A DNA stretch of 57,131 nt, counting the filler, from Sphacelaria rigidula (taxonomy: Eukaryota), in the NCBI GenBank assembly GCA_964200075.2. It is 7 parts of 7 records of this genome, joined end to end, with 100 filler letters (N's around TTAATTAATTAA, not from the genome) between each part and the next. Parts side by side here need not be neighbours in the genome. Positions count along the whole stretch, not along the records: positions 1 to 8,077 come from CAXNAA020012387.1; positions 8,178 to 16,254 come from CAXNAA020012388.1; 5 more parts are not named here. The stretch is one strand, 5' to 3'. The position numbers and the translations under genes were made by a program. The stretch's first letter is position 1. Every line of letters starts with the position of its first letter. Of this stretch, positions 1 through 10,771 are shown piece by piece. The notes below the pieces were generated by a model, which saw only the letters and a program-made list of their open reading frames with translations, did not search any database and was not told where the DNA came from.

Positions 1-74
1 TTTCTCTGCTTTTTCTTTTTTCGTTTTCGTGGATAGTTTCCCCCCCCAAACCTTTCTTTTTTTGGGGGGGGGGG

Positions 75-160
75 GGGGGGCGTATTCATTCGTTGCTTGC
101 CTTAGTCATTTGATCATTGACCACGCATCTCTTTCGAGACGAACACACTTTTGGGGGGGG
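75..160. mobile_element. Terminus of the GGGGG(C/T)GTACTC TIR-element family
   Basis: GGGGCGTATTCATTCGTTGCTTGCCTTAGTCATTTGATCATTGACCACGCATCTCTTTCGAGACG is near-identical to 47763-47835. Confidence 0.7.
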
Positions 161-555
161 GGCTATCGTAGAAAGTGTCAACTGCACGTCGACATAATGC
201 TCTATTTTACACCTGGAGCTTCTTGTGCCTCTCTTTGGAGTGTGTGCTAGCAATGCCATTGGCTTAGTGTCTGCTCAACACGTTCGGCGGTGTGCCTGAG
301 CCTGCAGGTACTGTCCAACAAGTATCATAGCAACGACAAAAACAACAGCACGGGATTTACATCACCGAGAAAGTCGCTTTTCTCATATTTCTTCGTGTCC
401 CCTTAACTTCCCCTTAACATCTCTTGGAGTCAGAATAGTCAATCAGAGTACAAATATCACGTGCCTGTGTATGGACTGTGTAAGGCCATGGTTGTGGTAG
501 TTGCGCGCATTTCAATAGTCGCACCCTGTTCTGTGTATACATCTCGTTGCTGCAG

Positions 556-1341
556 ATTTGAGCCCAGCACCGGGGCTCTGTCTTGGCCTCGCATTGCTGC
601 GGCGAATGTGACCAAAATAGAACGCGAGGGAGACCTGCAAAGTCTCCGGCAGTTTCTTCCAGATGTAGCCGTGGGAAGGGTAGATGCAGAGGACGTTGAC
701 ACCCACCCTGGTTTGCTCAAAGCCTTTCGGTTGGCGCAGCTTCAGGCTCAATATTTACTTCACTGTCAACAGGTGCGGTTCACGCGCAAAACCAGGCAAA
801 TTATCATAATTGCGGGGTATTTAGAGTGTGCGGACTGTGGTTAAGCATAACCTTTTGACCCCACTGCACATTCTACCAGTCTGCGTTATCCCGTACCGAG
901 GTGAGGTCGTGATAGTACTGGAGGTTCGCTCAAACTCAGGCAGGCGTGATCCGGAACCGAGTTTTTGGCTCTCCACTCCATGCCACTGTACAGCATGCTC
1001 CCCCATATGCTACGGTAAGCCGTCGCTCCTCGATTGCTGCAAGAAGGCAAGCATTTCCTACGTTCCCGTCCCACCTCTTCCACTCTGGTAAAACTCGAGG
1101 GTAACGCCCCTTCAGTGACGCTAGACATGGTTTTGATTCCCTGTGCCGGATGAGGAGACCACGGTAGACCGGCATCGAGCCTACCCGATCCTTTTTTGAC
1201 GTGGATTGAACCCATCATGGCCTTCCTGAACCGGCATTGAGCCTACGTTTACCTTTCATACCTTGCGCTGCGCTCGTCCTGGTTGTGTACTGAGGTTGAA
1301 TCGTTGCCGAAATTTATTGCCTGGCGCTTGTTCTCGTATTC

Positions 1342-1418
<77 letters not shown>

Positions 1419-4400
1419 TAGAGCGACAGCGCGATGAACTGCAGGAATCTGTGTCCAACATGGAATTGGAAGTCGCGGGGTGCCGCCAGACCACGAGAGC
1501 AATCAAGTCTCAAGCATCCTTGCTGAAGACGGAAAGCCGGAAACAGGTGAAACAGCTCGAAAAACACCCCGATTTTGATATCAGTAAAATAGCTTTCAAT
1601 GATTGACTCTTGGGTCCAGTCGGTAGCTTCATCTGCTGTTCCGAAGTAAAGTGTGAATTTGTACCTGTATTGTTCAGCATCGACTCTTGCGTTTCGTTGT
1701 GTCAGTTTCGGATTTTCCTGCAGTTTGGACCTGCATCACGAACTATTCCGTTAGCGCACTCCAAATAAACACTGAAAGTCGGCATGAGTCTAGTTCTCGA
1801 TCCGACCAGGTTGTCCGTTTATCAATATCGGTCGCGATGTTTTCAAGTGCACACGGTGAAGGTTGTGCAGTTTTGTTGTGACTTGACCGAAAATTATTCG
1901 ATGGTTACGCGAGCTCGAGACATTGTTTCCACGACAAAGAATCTCAACGTTTGCTTCTTGTGCACTCATTGAATGGTCGATCATCTAAATCGAAGTCACA
2001 GGGCAGTGAGGATCAACCCCCGATCTGAGAACAATCGTAGGATTTAATTTGTACCGGTAGAGGAGAATGTCGTTGGCACGCAGCAGTTGCCTAAGGGTCA
2101 ATGTTCGCGCTTGTTGCAAGCTCCAACTGTGAGCGCCGCCATCTTGTACACGCCAGATCTCGGCCTCGGCCATGAAACATTACGGAAGCTGCTCTTGTGC
2201 CGCTCTCTACTGTTCACTCGTCCTCGTTTCTTCCGTTTCCGTTTACGACTTCAATTTTGTGAAACGACATTAACTACTTTCATCTGCTGTTTCTTCTCAC
2301 CTAGTGCCTACTTCTCGCCTTTTCTGCTGAGATTCTCCGTTTACAAACACACTTTCCGACGAATAATGCACAACAAGACAAGGCGTACCAGTAGCTAACT
2401 CGTGTATCCTCTGGTATTCCTATGGTTCCACTCACTAGACTACGTTTGGGACCGCGCTTGAACAAGACGGGTACAGTACCAAAACGCGTTTCTTGTTTGG
2501 CAACCTTTCTCCTTCCGTGGTGCTTTCTTCTTTCGATCGCCCTCTTTTTTCAACACCTCTTACAAAGAACAAAGTTATCAGTGGATACGCAGCGATGCTG
2601 CGGCGACACAATCCGGGTTTGGCCGCTAAGGTACGCTTAGACGAACAGGGTAGACTCACCATTTCCAGTCAGGAGCGCGTCCATCAAAATCAGTGGGGCA
2701 CGCGAAGGCGACGCACCAGGCGTGCTAACATTCCCAGTGGTAGCAGCACATGGGGACGGCAAGAAGCGACTGACATTCAGATGCTTCAGGTGCCGGGTTC
2801 AGAGCAGGTGAGGACTTGCATTCCGATTATGGATACGGGAAGGATGGGATTCGGTTTATGGGGGGTGCGGGCAGCGTTATGGCTACGATTGGGCTACGCA
2901 AGACAGGGTTGAGGTTATTTTCAATGATACTCCGGGGTTGGGGTCAGCGGCAGACTTTTGGGTGGAGTTCGCGGTTTAAGGGTTTGTGGTTAGGTCTTGG
3001 ACTGGAGTGGATACGAATAGAGCTGAGGTTAGGGCCAGGGTGAAGGAGATCACGGTTTCAGCTAGCAGAGAGCACACATTTCGTCAGTCACCGAGATGGA
3101 GTGAGCGCTACTGCGGTTCCTGAGCGAGAGAGTGGCGTGTATTCATTGCTTGTTTGAGCATCGACTTCGTGGCTGCCCTTCGCTTTGTTGTGGTTACAGC
3201 ATTTTCGGCGCTTCTTGTGTATACCTAGCCCAACATGGTATGGCCGTATGGCTTGAGTGATGTAAGTGAGGTGTTGCAACGACCTCGTCACTCTCAGTAT
3301 TTCAAAACTAACAAGTTTACACTGGCTCTTGCCGCTAAAGATTGCTCTGGAAGCAGAGCATCCACTTCAGAAAACAATAGTGATCATATCTTCCATAGGT
3401 AGTCGCTTGTCACCAACGAAAATGATAGAGTTGGCGCCCGGCTACTGTTGTGATCCTATATACCGATTACACCAGTGGTCACCTTACCGCCGCCTACGCC
3501 AACCCCATTCCTGCTCGCTGCACTCTTAGAGGGGCAACGGCAACAATGATCCTTCATCGCCAAGCGTGTGCGGTGACAACAAGATAACATCCAAAAGCTT
3601 CAAACAACAGGAATTCACCGCCGCAGAGCACCACCATACTGGAATGAAGACGTTACGACAACATCAAAGATACCGTCAGCAAGAGCGGCTCAGATCGGCA
3701 AAGCATTTGGAAGAACCGTCCCTGACTTCGACACACGCAGCGATATCAGCTCAAACGAATCAGATTCAATTCAACATGAACACCCTCTACAGTACCGTTG
3801 GCGCCGATGAGAGCAAACACAAGCATTCTACAGGATACACCATGCTGGAACATGGGACAGGGGCTTTTGTCGCAAAGGATAGAGAAAAAACGGATGGAAT
3901 CGAACGCCATGGGCGAGGTAAGGAGGGCAACGCCACTTGTCCGGCGTCTGAAAATATCGGTGGCATTAGAAAGAGTGATGAGCAAAGTGATGGTAATCCA
4001 CGTGATAGAAATACTACGGTGCTCTCACCACCACCCATCCTTGAGGCGTTGATCTCAAGCAAGTCAGATCAAGGTGCCACTCTCTCGAACCGGGCGGGTC
4101 CCTCAACGGCAGAAGCAGGCAAGATCAACACCGGCAACAAAAACGCTGGAGTAATCGTGACAAGCGCCTCACTAGAGGAATCGTACACCCCCCCCACGGC
4201 TAGCTACAACAATCCGTTCGAAGTGCAGAGCCCATCGAGTCCTACACGAGGAGCACACGTCCCTGTGGGTGAACACGGAAATATCGATGTGGTCCCCGGG
4301 GGAAATGGGAGCCCGGGAGGGGCTAGATCAACCGAAAATATTGACGAGCCAACTGTGGGCGAAGGGAGTGAAATGCACACCAATACTGTCGGCGATGTGA

Positions 4401-4906
4401 ATCCCATCCGTGGTTGTCCTCGATTGGTCAACGTTGTGTCGGCCCGCAAAAAAAGCGAGGGAATGGAGGGGGAGCAGGCAGGGGGATCTGGGGGGGCTTC
4501 AGCATTTTCATATTCAGGGGACGGGGGAAGAGAAGCCGCAACACACGCCGGTGGAAGAGGAAAGCACATAACCAATCAACCGCAACAACAGCATCAACGA
4601 AGCGCCGGAGGTGAAGATACAGCACGTGATGGGCATACGTTTGAGGGGATTTCACAGAAAATCATCCTACGCGATGAGAAAGGGACAGACGAGAAGCACC
4701 GAATATCAAACTCATCCCCTGGATCTCGCAGTTGCACCTCACCGAGTGTTGACCCTCAGCGTTTAGGTCTGGAAGTGGAACAGTTCGGGAATGTTCAAGA
4801 TTTCGATGTAGAAGACATTTCAGAAATTGAAGTTGGAGGGGGGTGGGAAAGCGATGGTGGTGACAATTGGATCGAAGGGTCTTCTCGTGCTTCTATGTCT
4901 TCTTAG
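556..4906 (+). CDS. DZIP1: DZIP1/Iguana-like (Dzip-like_N domain) ciliary coiled-coil protein, spliced, 5'-partial
   Basis: Phase-compatible AG/GT exons 556-772, 1415-1546, 2568-2807 and 3530-4906 (TAG). The first exon, FEPSTGALSWPRIAAANVTKIEREGDLQSLRQFLPDVAVGRVDAEDVDTHPGLLKAFRLAQLQAQYLLHCQQ, matches the Dzip-like N-terminal pattern (W..I...D...L...KxFRLAQL..YLL..Q). A coiled-coil exon and a long disordered last exon follow. The start exon was not found. Confidence 0.75.
1343..1413. repeat. (AC)n microsatellite immediately before a splice acceptor
   Basis: About 35 AC units ending in ACAG|GTGCTA. Confidence 0.95.
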
Positions 4907-5000
4907 ACACAAGTTTGGTCACCGGACGAGCGAAGCATGCCGAAAGCGAAACTCTACATGGCCGGTTGGTGCACCACCAACAGATATACATGTACATATG

Positions 5001-5392
5001 GGTCTTGCTATTTACGTCAACGTTGACGTAATCTGTTACATCCGTCAACATTCAGCATCCGTCCCACAAGCCCCGCATGGACACAGCAACACATGGTAAA
5101 CACTCACACAGTCTCTAGCTATCGTTCAAGCCATCGCACGGAGCAAACGGACCAGCAACGGATGAGATATATGCTTATGGCAGAGTGAGCACTCTTGTGG
5201 CATGCCACCATGCATCATGCATGTATTTCATCCGTTACGGGTTCGTTTGCTCCGTGCGATGGCTTGAACGATAGCTAGAGACTGTGTGAGTGTTTACCAT
5301 GTGTTGCTGTGTCCATGCGGGGCTTGTGGGACGGGTGCTGAACGTTGACGGGTGTAACAGATTACGTCACCGTTGACGTAAATAGCAAGACC
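5001..5392 (+). ncRNA. Long foldback hairpin; candidate miRNA/hairpin-siRNA precursor
   Basis: 5001-5174 pairs without gaps with 5219-5392 (174 bp). It has 91 consecutive Watson-Crick pairs (5059-5149), 5 G-U pairs and 4 mismatches on the + strand, and a 44-nt loop. The inverted repeat is certain; RNA function is inferred. Confidence 0.55.
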
Positions 5393-6525
5393 TTTTACAC
5401 ATAACGTCCATTGTCGGTGCATACTGGGCAAGCTTGTCTGGTGGAGGTGTGTCTTCGTGGGCATCATTTAACTGACCTATATGTCCGCGTTCCTCGTTTC
5501 GTTGTGGTCTAGTAGATATTCAGCCTGTGTGTGGGGGACTCATGGGTTATTGGTCTTTGTGTGTGGCCGACAGTTGTCGGTGGTTACTAGCACCATAAAC
5601 AGCCTGGACTCGTTTTCGAGGTTCAACATTTGGGTGAGGTTCAACCGACCATCGAAATTTCATTTGTTTCATCCAAAAGGCTCGGGATTCGCAAGCGGTT
5701 TCGACCACGTAACCCTAACTCAGAAGTTTCTGCACGGCAGCGCACGCATGATGGTGAGCAGTCCGACAGAAAAAACCGCCGTTATTCATTGTGCGGCATC
5801 TTTTGAGGAAGACCTGCGTCTAAGCGCTACGGAACACGTAACAAAGCATGCTAAAAACATACTTCTTCGGACTAGTCATCGAGTTTTCGAGCGCCTCTTG
5901 TTGAGTATCTGAGAGAGACTTCATACTGTTGCGCCGGCGACGACCGCCGTCAGCGAAATGATCCAATGCGGCGACAGACGCCAGGGATCTTTGAAACGCC
6001 TCATCATTCAGCAGTCTGCTGAGATATACCAGCACACCAGAGTACAACATCACTACAGTACAGTGGTTAGTTGGACCAAATGGATGACCCACAATAAAGC
6101 TGCACACACACACATACACACAACGGGGGTAAGGGTTAGTCTCACGCTTGGGGGTTGTTTCGCCAGAAGTACCCATGCGAGGCGCTTCACCCAGTCTGAA
6201 CCAGCGATCACGCCTTGTATGGCCACTTCCGCCGTGGCTGTGTTGAGAACCGGTTTCGCGGTGGGGCTGTCGAAGGATACTACTGTAGTGCAACGCGCTT
6301 GCAAAATCCGAGCCGTTTTTTTTCCATTTAGAATCTGCATCAGCTGTACTTTGAATATCCCTCCTGACGGTCTCAAACGGGGTCTGATCCAGCGACGGAA
6401 AGCGCTGGCACCCTCCGCCTCAGATGGGATTTGTGACAACCTCAGGGTTAGGATTAGACCCAGGGGAAGTCCTGAAATAACGGATGGTTTTCTCGGAAAG
6501 CAGTCGTTGATTGTAACGGGTATAA

Positions 6526-6762
6526 AGCGTTCAAGCAAGGGGATTTCGATTTTGAACAGGGAAATAGGTACAACGATACCCCTGAATACTATTTTACATA
6601 TTACATTCCGAGCGATGTTCCACAAATACCCCCACAGTTGTGAATATATAGCGTTCAAGCAAGGGGATTTCGATTTTGAACAGGGAAATAGGTACAACGA
6701 TACCCCTGAATACTATTTTACATGTTACATTCCGAGCGATGTTCCACAAATACCCCCACAGT
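6526..6762. repeat. Tandem duplication, 124-bp period, 2 near-identical copies
   Basis: AGCGTTCAAGCAAGGGGATTTCG...TACCCCCACAGT at 6526 and 6650. Confidence 0.95.
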
Positions 6763-8077
6763 AGAGTTGTGATGGGGATGAGATGCGTTTACAATCAGGA
6801 AGCAAGAGCCCCTGAACGGCGCTCGGAATCAATTCCAGACGTGATGCAAAACATTTGTTTTACTCGTTGCTAGTGGACTACTGTTTTACATACAGAAACG
6901 CAGTAGAAACATATCAACCGAATAGCCACGTTTGCACTATATACGTATGTCGGTCACGAAACATGGATACTATTGTGCCATCTTCTCGTATTAATAGAAC
7001 GTATTACGGTCCATTCCGGTTGTGGACCGCTACCTCGGTACCTTGCCCTGCACGCACGCGTACGTCTACCATTTCATTTCTCCCTACAGCAAGAAACGTC
7101 GTTGTCTCAGAGCTCATGAAGCAGGGCTCGTCCAAAATGCGATCGGGTGCTGCCCATCTTGTGAGGTCTCTGGTGAGGTCTTCAGGCAACCGTGTACGTA
7201 CAGCTAAATAACTCGCACATCTGAATACGAGGTCCGAAAGAAGGTGTAGAATATATGCTACTTGTATCGACCGTGCAGTTACTCTTACACAAAAGAGCAG
7301 AATGTCGTGGCCATTGCACACTCATAACCGCACCTCCCTGTGAGTCGTTGCACCCACCTGCTACGTTCACTCCCATGCAATACTCCCCCAGGGTTTTTTT
7401 CAGTCAATGCCGGGCTGGACCGATATCTCAATACCTCGCCCGGCACGATCCTCGGGAGTTCGCAACAATTTTTCTTACTGTCACAAGACAGGGTTTCACA
7501 GGACTACGAAGTAAGCAAAGAATGTCTGTCACCTGTTCACATATCTTGATGATCACCGCTCCACCCTTCATTCCGTGTAAGCAGCCGTGTCACTGAATCC
7601 GATCTCTACCACTACACCAAACATGCCAGCACTCACTATGCCATTTCAGCTTACAATGGTACAATTGAAGTATCCCAGGCAACGTGAAAGCATGAAGCTA
7701 CCACGTGTAATCTCGCCCTCCCTTCCGGCACTGTCCTGACGGTTAAGTGATACATCCAGGCAACTGTGCTGTATCATCACAGCTGCCCGAATTTCGAAAT
7801 TTCGTTTCTAAGGACAATTATTTTTGGTATAAGGAAACTCAGCTCAAGGAAATATCTCAGGTTTCGGAATCTTACAGCACTAAGTTCTATGTGGACTTGC
7901 AAGAATTTTATGGTATGGAAGGTGAAATGGTGCAAGCTGATCTCACTGGCAAGGTGTGTCTTCTCGCTGACAAAGTTGTTTAGGTCAACCCCCCCCCCCC
8001 CCCACCCGGAACCCAATCTTTATTTCCCCAACGAAGGTCTGACAGGAAGTTCAAATTACTAAAACATACAAAACAAA

Positions 8078-8177
8078 NNNNNNNNNNNNNNNNNNNNNNN
8101 NNNNNNNNNNNNNNNNNNNNNTTAATTAATTAANNNNNNNNNNNNNNNNNNNNNNNNNNNNNNNNNNNNNNNNNNNN
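8078..8177. other. Artificial contig linker N44-TTAATTAATTAA-N44
   Basis: Exactly 100 nt, with stop codons in all six frames. Confidence 0.98.
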
Positions 8178-9684
8178 CAAGAGAGATATGCCACTTAAAC
8201 CCCATATTTTGTATGAACCCCAAAATATAAAATCGGCTCTTATACGCGAGCAAGGACAGCTGCGTCCTTTCGGCAAGATCTCATAATCGGAAGCTGGGGG
8301 GCGTTATTGCAGTCGTTGATTTCGCGCGACCTCTGCAAAACACGGGCAACAGACAGTCTGCCACATCCCACTTGGGGGGATGGATGGATGAGAGATCAAA
8401 CACTCGTGTAGACCTTCTTGGTATACGTAGTAAAAAGAGATACTTCGTGTGGGTGACTTGACTCTTGCTGGCGTGACCGAAATGGGGGTTGAAATCCCAT
8501 AATTAAGCTTCTCTGCTGTCAACCGGTCGCATGCATGGTGTGTGTGTCGGAGGGAGTGTCTGTCGCAAACAAATGTTATGTGAGGAAAGTCATCCTAAGC
8601 TGAGGCGGGATATGCTTAGGAACATGGGTGTTCTATGATTAAACACCTGCCATTGCATTCCTGACCCTCGCCGTGAAGCGCTGAGCAGAAATGTCTTGCC
8701 TGATGTCAGCTTTCGAGCAACGACAGTAGTAGGCATGCAGTCGGTTCAGACCCGGAATATTACTGCAACTTCGTCGCTGCATGTACTGACTGCTTGTAGC
8801 AATTCGATTGTACAAGCCTTGTACGGGAGAAGAGTAATCATATTCAAATCTTATTCCATAATATCAAAACGGCTCTCGCAAGTTGCCAGAATGCTCATTC
8901 CCCCTCCTCCCGCCAGGTATAAAAAAATGATGCTACAGTTTTTGCAAGCTCTAAGAAACACTGCCGGGCCCCGAGAGAGTTTTCTTCGAATTGAACTCAC
9001 CCTTTTCTAATCGCAGAGCGTTTTCTAGGAGAAAATAATAATTTCGGACATGGCTGGGTCCACTTTAGTATACTGATCGCTTTATGCAAATTCCAGAAAC
9101 GTATGGTGAAACTATTCGAATATATCCTCGAACGTCTGACCGAACCCAACTCTTGCAGCATGAATCATACGTACGTGTTCCCCACCTTCTGTTTATATGA
9201 TATGAACTGCGGGACAGCTGACCTGAATGTACTGTACATCAGATCACGAGCTCTTGCAAAGAACACAGCACCAGCACGAGTTGTCCCCGCATGTTGGCGA
9301 CAGTTTTCGGGGAAATTCCGGCAGCGGACGATGCAGTCCGCAGACAGTACGGAACAGCACGCATCTGCGCGCCTAGAGCGATTCTTCTAGCTGTTGATTT
9401 TCCCAAGCTAAGCTATATTGACGGCCTTCCTGCTTTTCATGTTTAGTTTCGCGGTACAGTTGGCATGAAAATATAAAACAGTACTAGGTCAGCTTCAGAT
9501 AGCATCAGTAGTGCAAGAGTTGTCCCCACACGTTCGCGTGAGTTTTCGGAAACATCCCGGCAGCGCCGACTGCAGTCAGCAAACAACAGACAACAGTAGT
9601 GCGGAACCGTCCACTCATACACACGGCATGAATCATCGGTACATGCTATTTTTTTTCTCTTTGATTCACGCAGCATCAATCACG

Positions 9685-10010
9685 TGATTCATGTACATGT
9701 GTCCCACCTTCCATTTATACGAGGTGAATCAAGCGTACATCTCCCCTCTTCATTCATGCCGCATGAATCGTAGATACATTTTCCTCACCTTCCATTCATA
9801 TGAGGTAAATCAAGCGTACATGTTTCCCAATTTCAGTTCACGCAGCATGAATTATATGTGCATGTTCTTCGCCTTCCATCTACACGAGGTGAATGAAGCG
9901 TGCATGTTTCCCTATTTCCGTCCATGCAGTATGAATCGTATGTGCATGTTCTTCGCCTTCCATCCATGCAAAATGAATCAAGAGTATGTGTTTCCCACCA
10001 GTGATTCATA
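9685..10010. repeat. Degenerate 42-bp minisatellite with alternating A/B units (84-bp higher-order repeat)
   Basis: TGAATC-like unit starts at 9725, 9764, 9806, 9848, 9890, 9932 and 9974. A detached copy lies at about 9159-9205. Confidence 0.85.
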
Positions 10011-10179
10011 CAGGACTTGTGATTCGTACATATGTTGTACTCTTGATTCGTGTGACACTACTTGGAGTGTACACATTCCCGGTTCGTGATTCGTGCGGTA
10101 TGGCCTTGAATGTACAACTTTACCAATTGTGATTCATACCGGATGACTCTCTGGTACATGATTAGCATTCGACATTCAT

Positions 10180-10395
10180 GTGCAGTCAACCCGTTTGAAC
10201 TCCGATTCGTCCGAAACGCGGTTATTTTTTCCTCTCTACTTATCAGCGGAATGATTCCTCCTTTGAAACTCGTGATAAACGTCCAGTCAGACCCGTTTGT
10301 GTATGCCAAGTACTCTTGTATATAATTCTGCATAGCAAATAGTTCCTCGCGGGGTAGGGAGTAGGGACAAGACGAGTAAAAAGAACCCGGGGTCC
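10180..10395 (-). mobile_element. Heavily deleted Ty3/Gypsy pol (RT N-terminus) remnant
   Basis: PYSLPREELFAMQNYIQEYLA and EEKITAFRT...NGLT resemble the gypsy motifs Y.LS..EL..L..YI.E.L and E.KTAFRT...FGL. Confidence 0.45.
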
Positions 10396-10771
10396 ACATT
10401 ACTGTCTCGTGAAAACACCCATCCTCCCGCCGCAAGTTTATGAAATCTAAAACTCAATCGTTCAGTCCCGATCAATGTCAGCAATTCCATCACCTCTCTG
10501 AGATGTTTGCCATGTTTAAGCAGCCCCTGAATAAACGTGACCGGCGATGGTATGCAATCGGCATACCAAATAAAACTCAACTATCATATCATCCAGTCGA
10601 CGCCGATTTGCATGCAGCCCGACAACCATATTGATCAGAGGTATGGCGTAGCTTCTCCGCTGTGTAGAGCTCAACGACAAGGAGGACCTGTGACTGCTCA
10701 ACCTGAAACAAATGACCAGCCGCGGCGTCCCCCCCGAAACTGCAACTACGCGCCTCATTTTTCTTCTATAG

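Noticed and set aside
1249-1506. CVCVCV and THTHTH ORFs
   Set aside because: Translations of an intronic (AC)n microsatellite.
5820-7321. Possible minus-strand gene (ORFs 7004-7321, 6053-6697, 5820-6293)
   Set aside because: Some segments look protein-like, but the candidate splice phases were incompatible and no homology was recognised. Unsupported, though not excluded.
8122-8133. TTAATTAATTAA recurring every ~8.18 kb as a biological periodic motif
   Set aside because: Always centred in N44...N44; it is an assembly spacer with six-frame stops.
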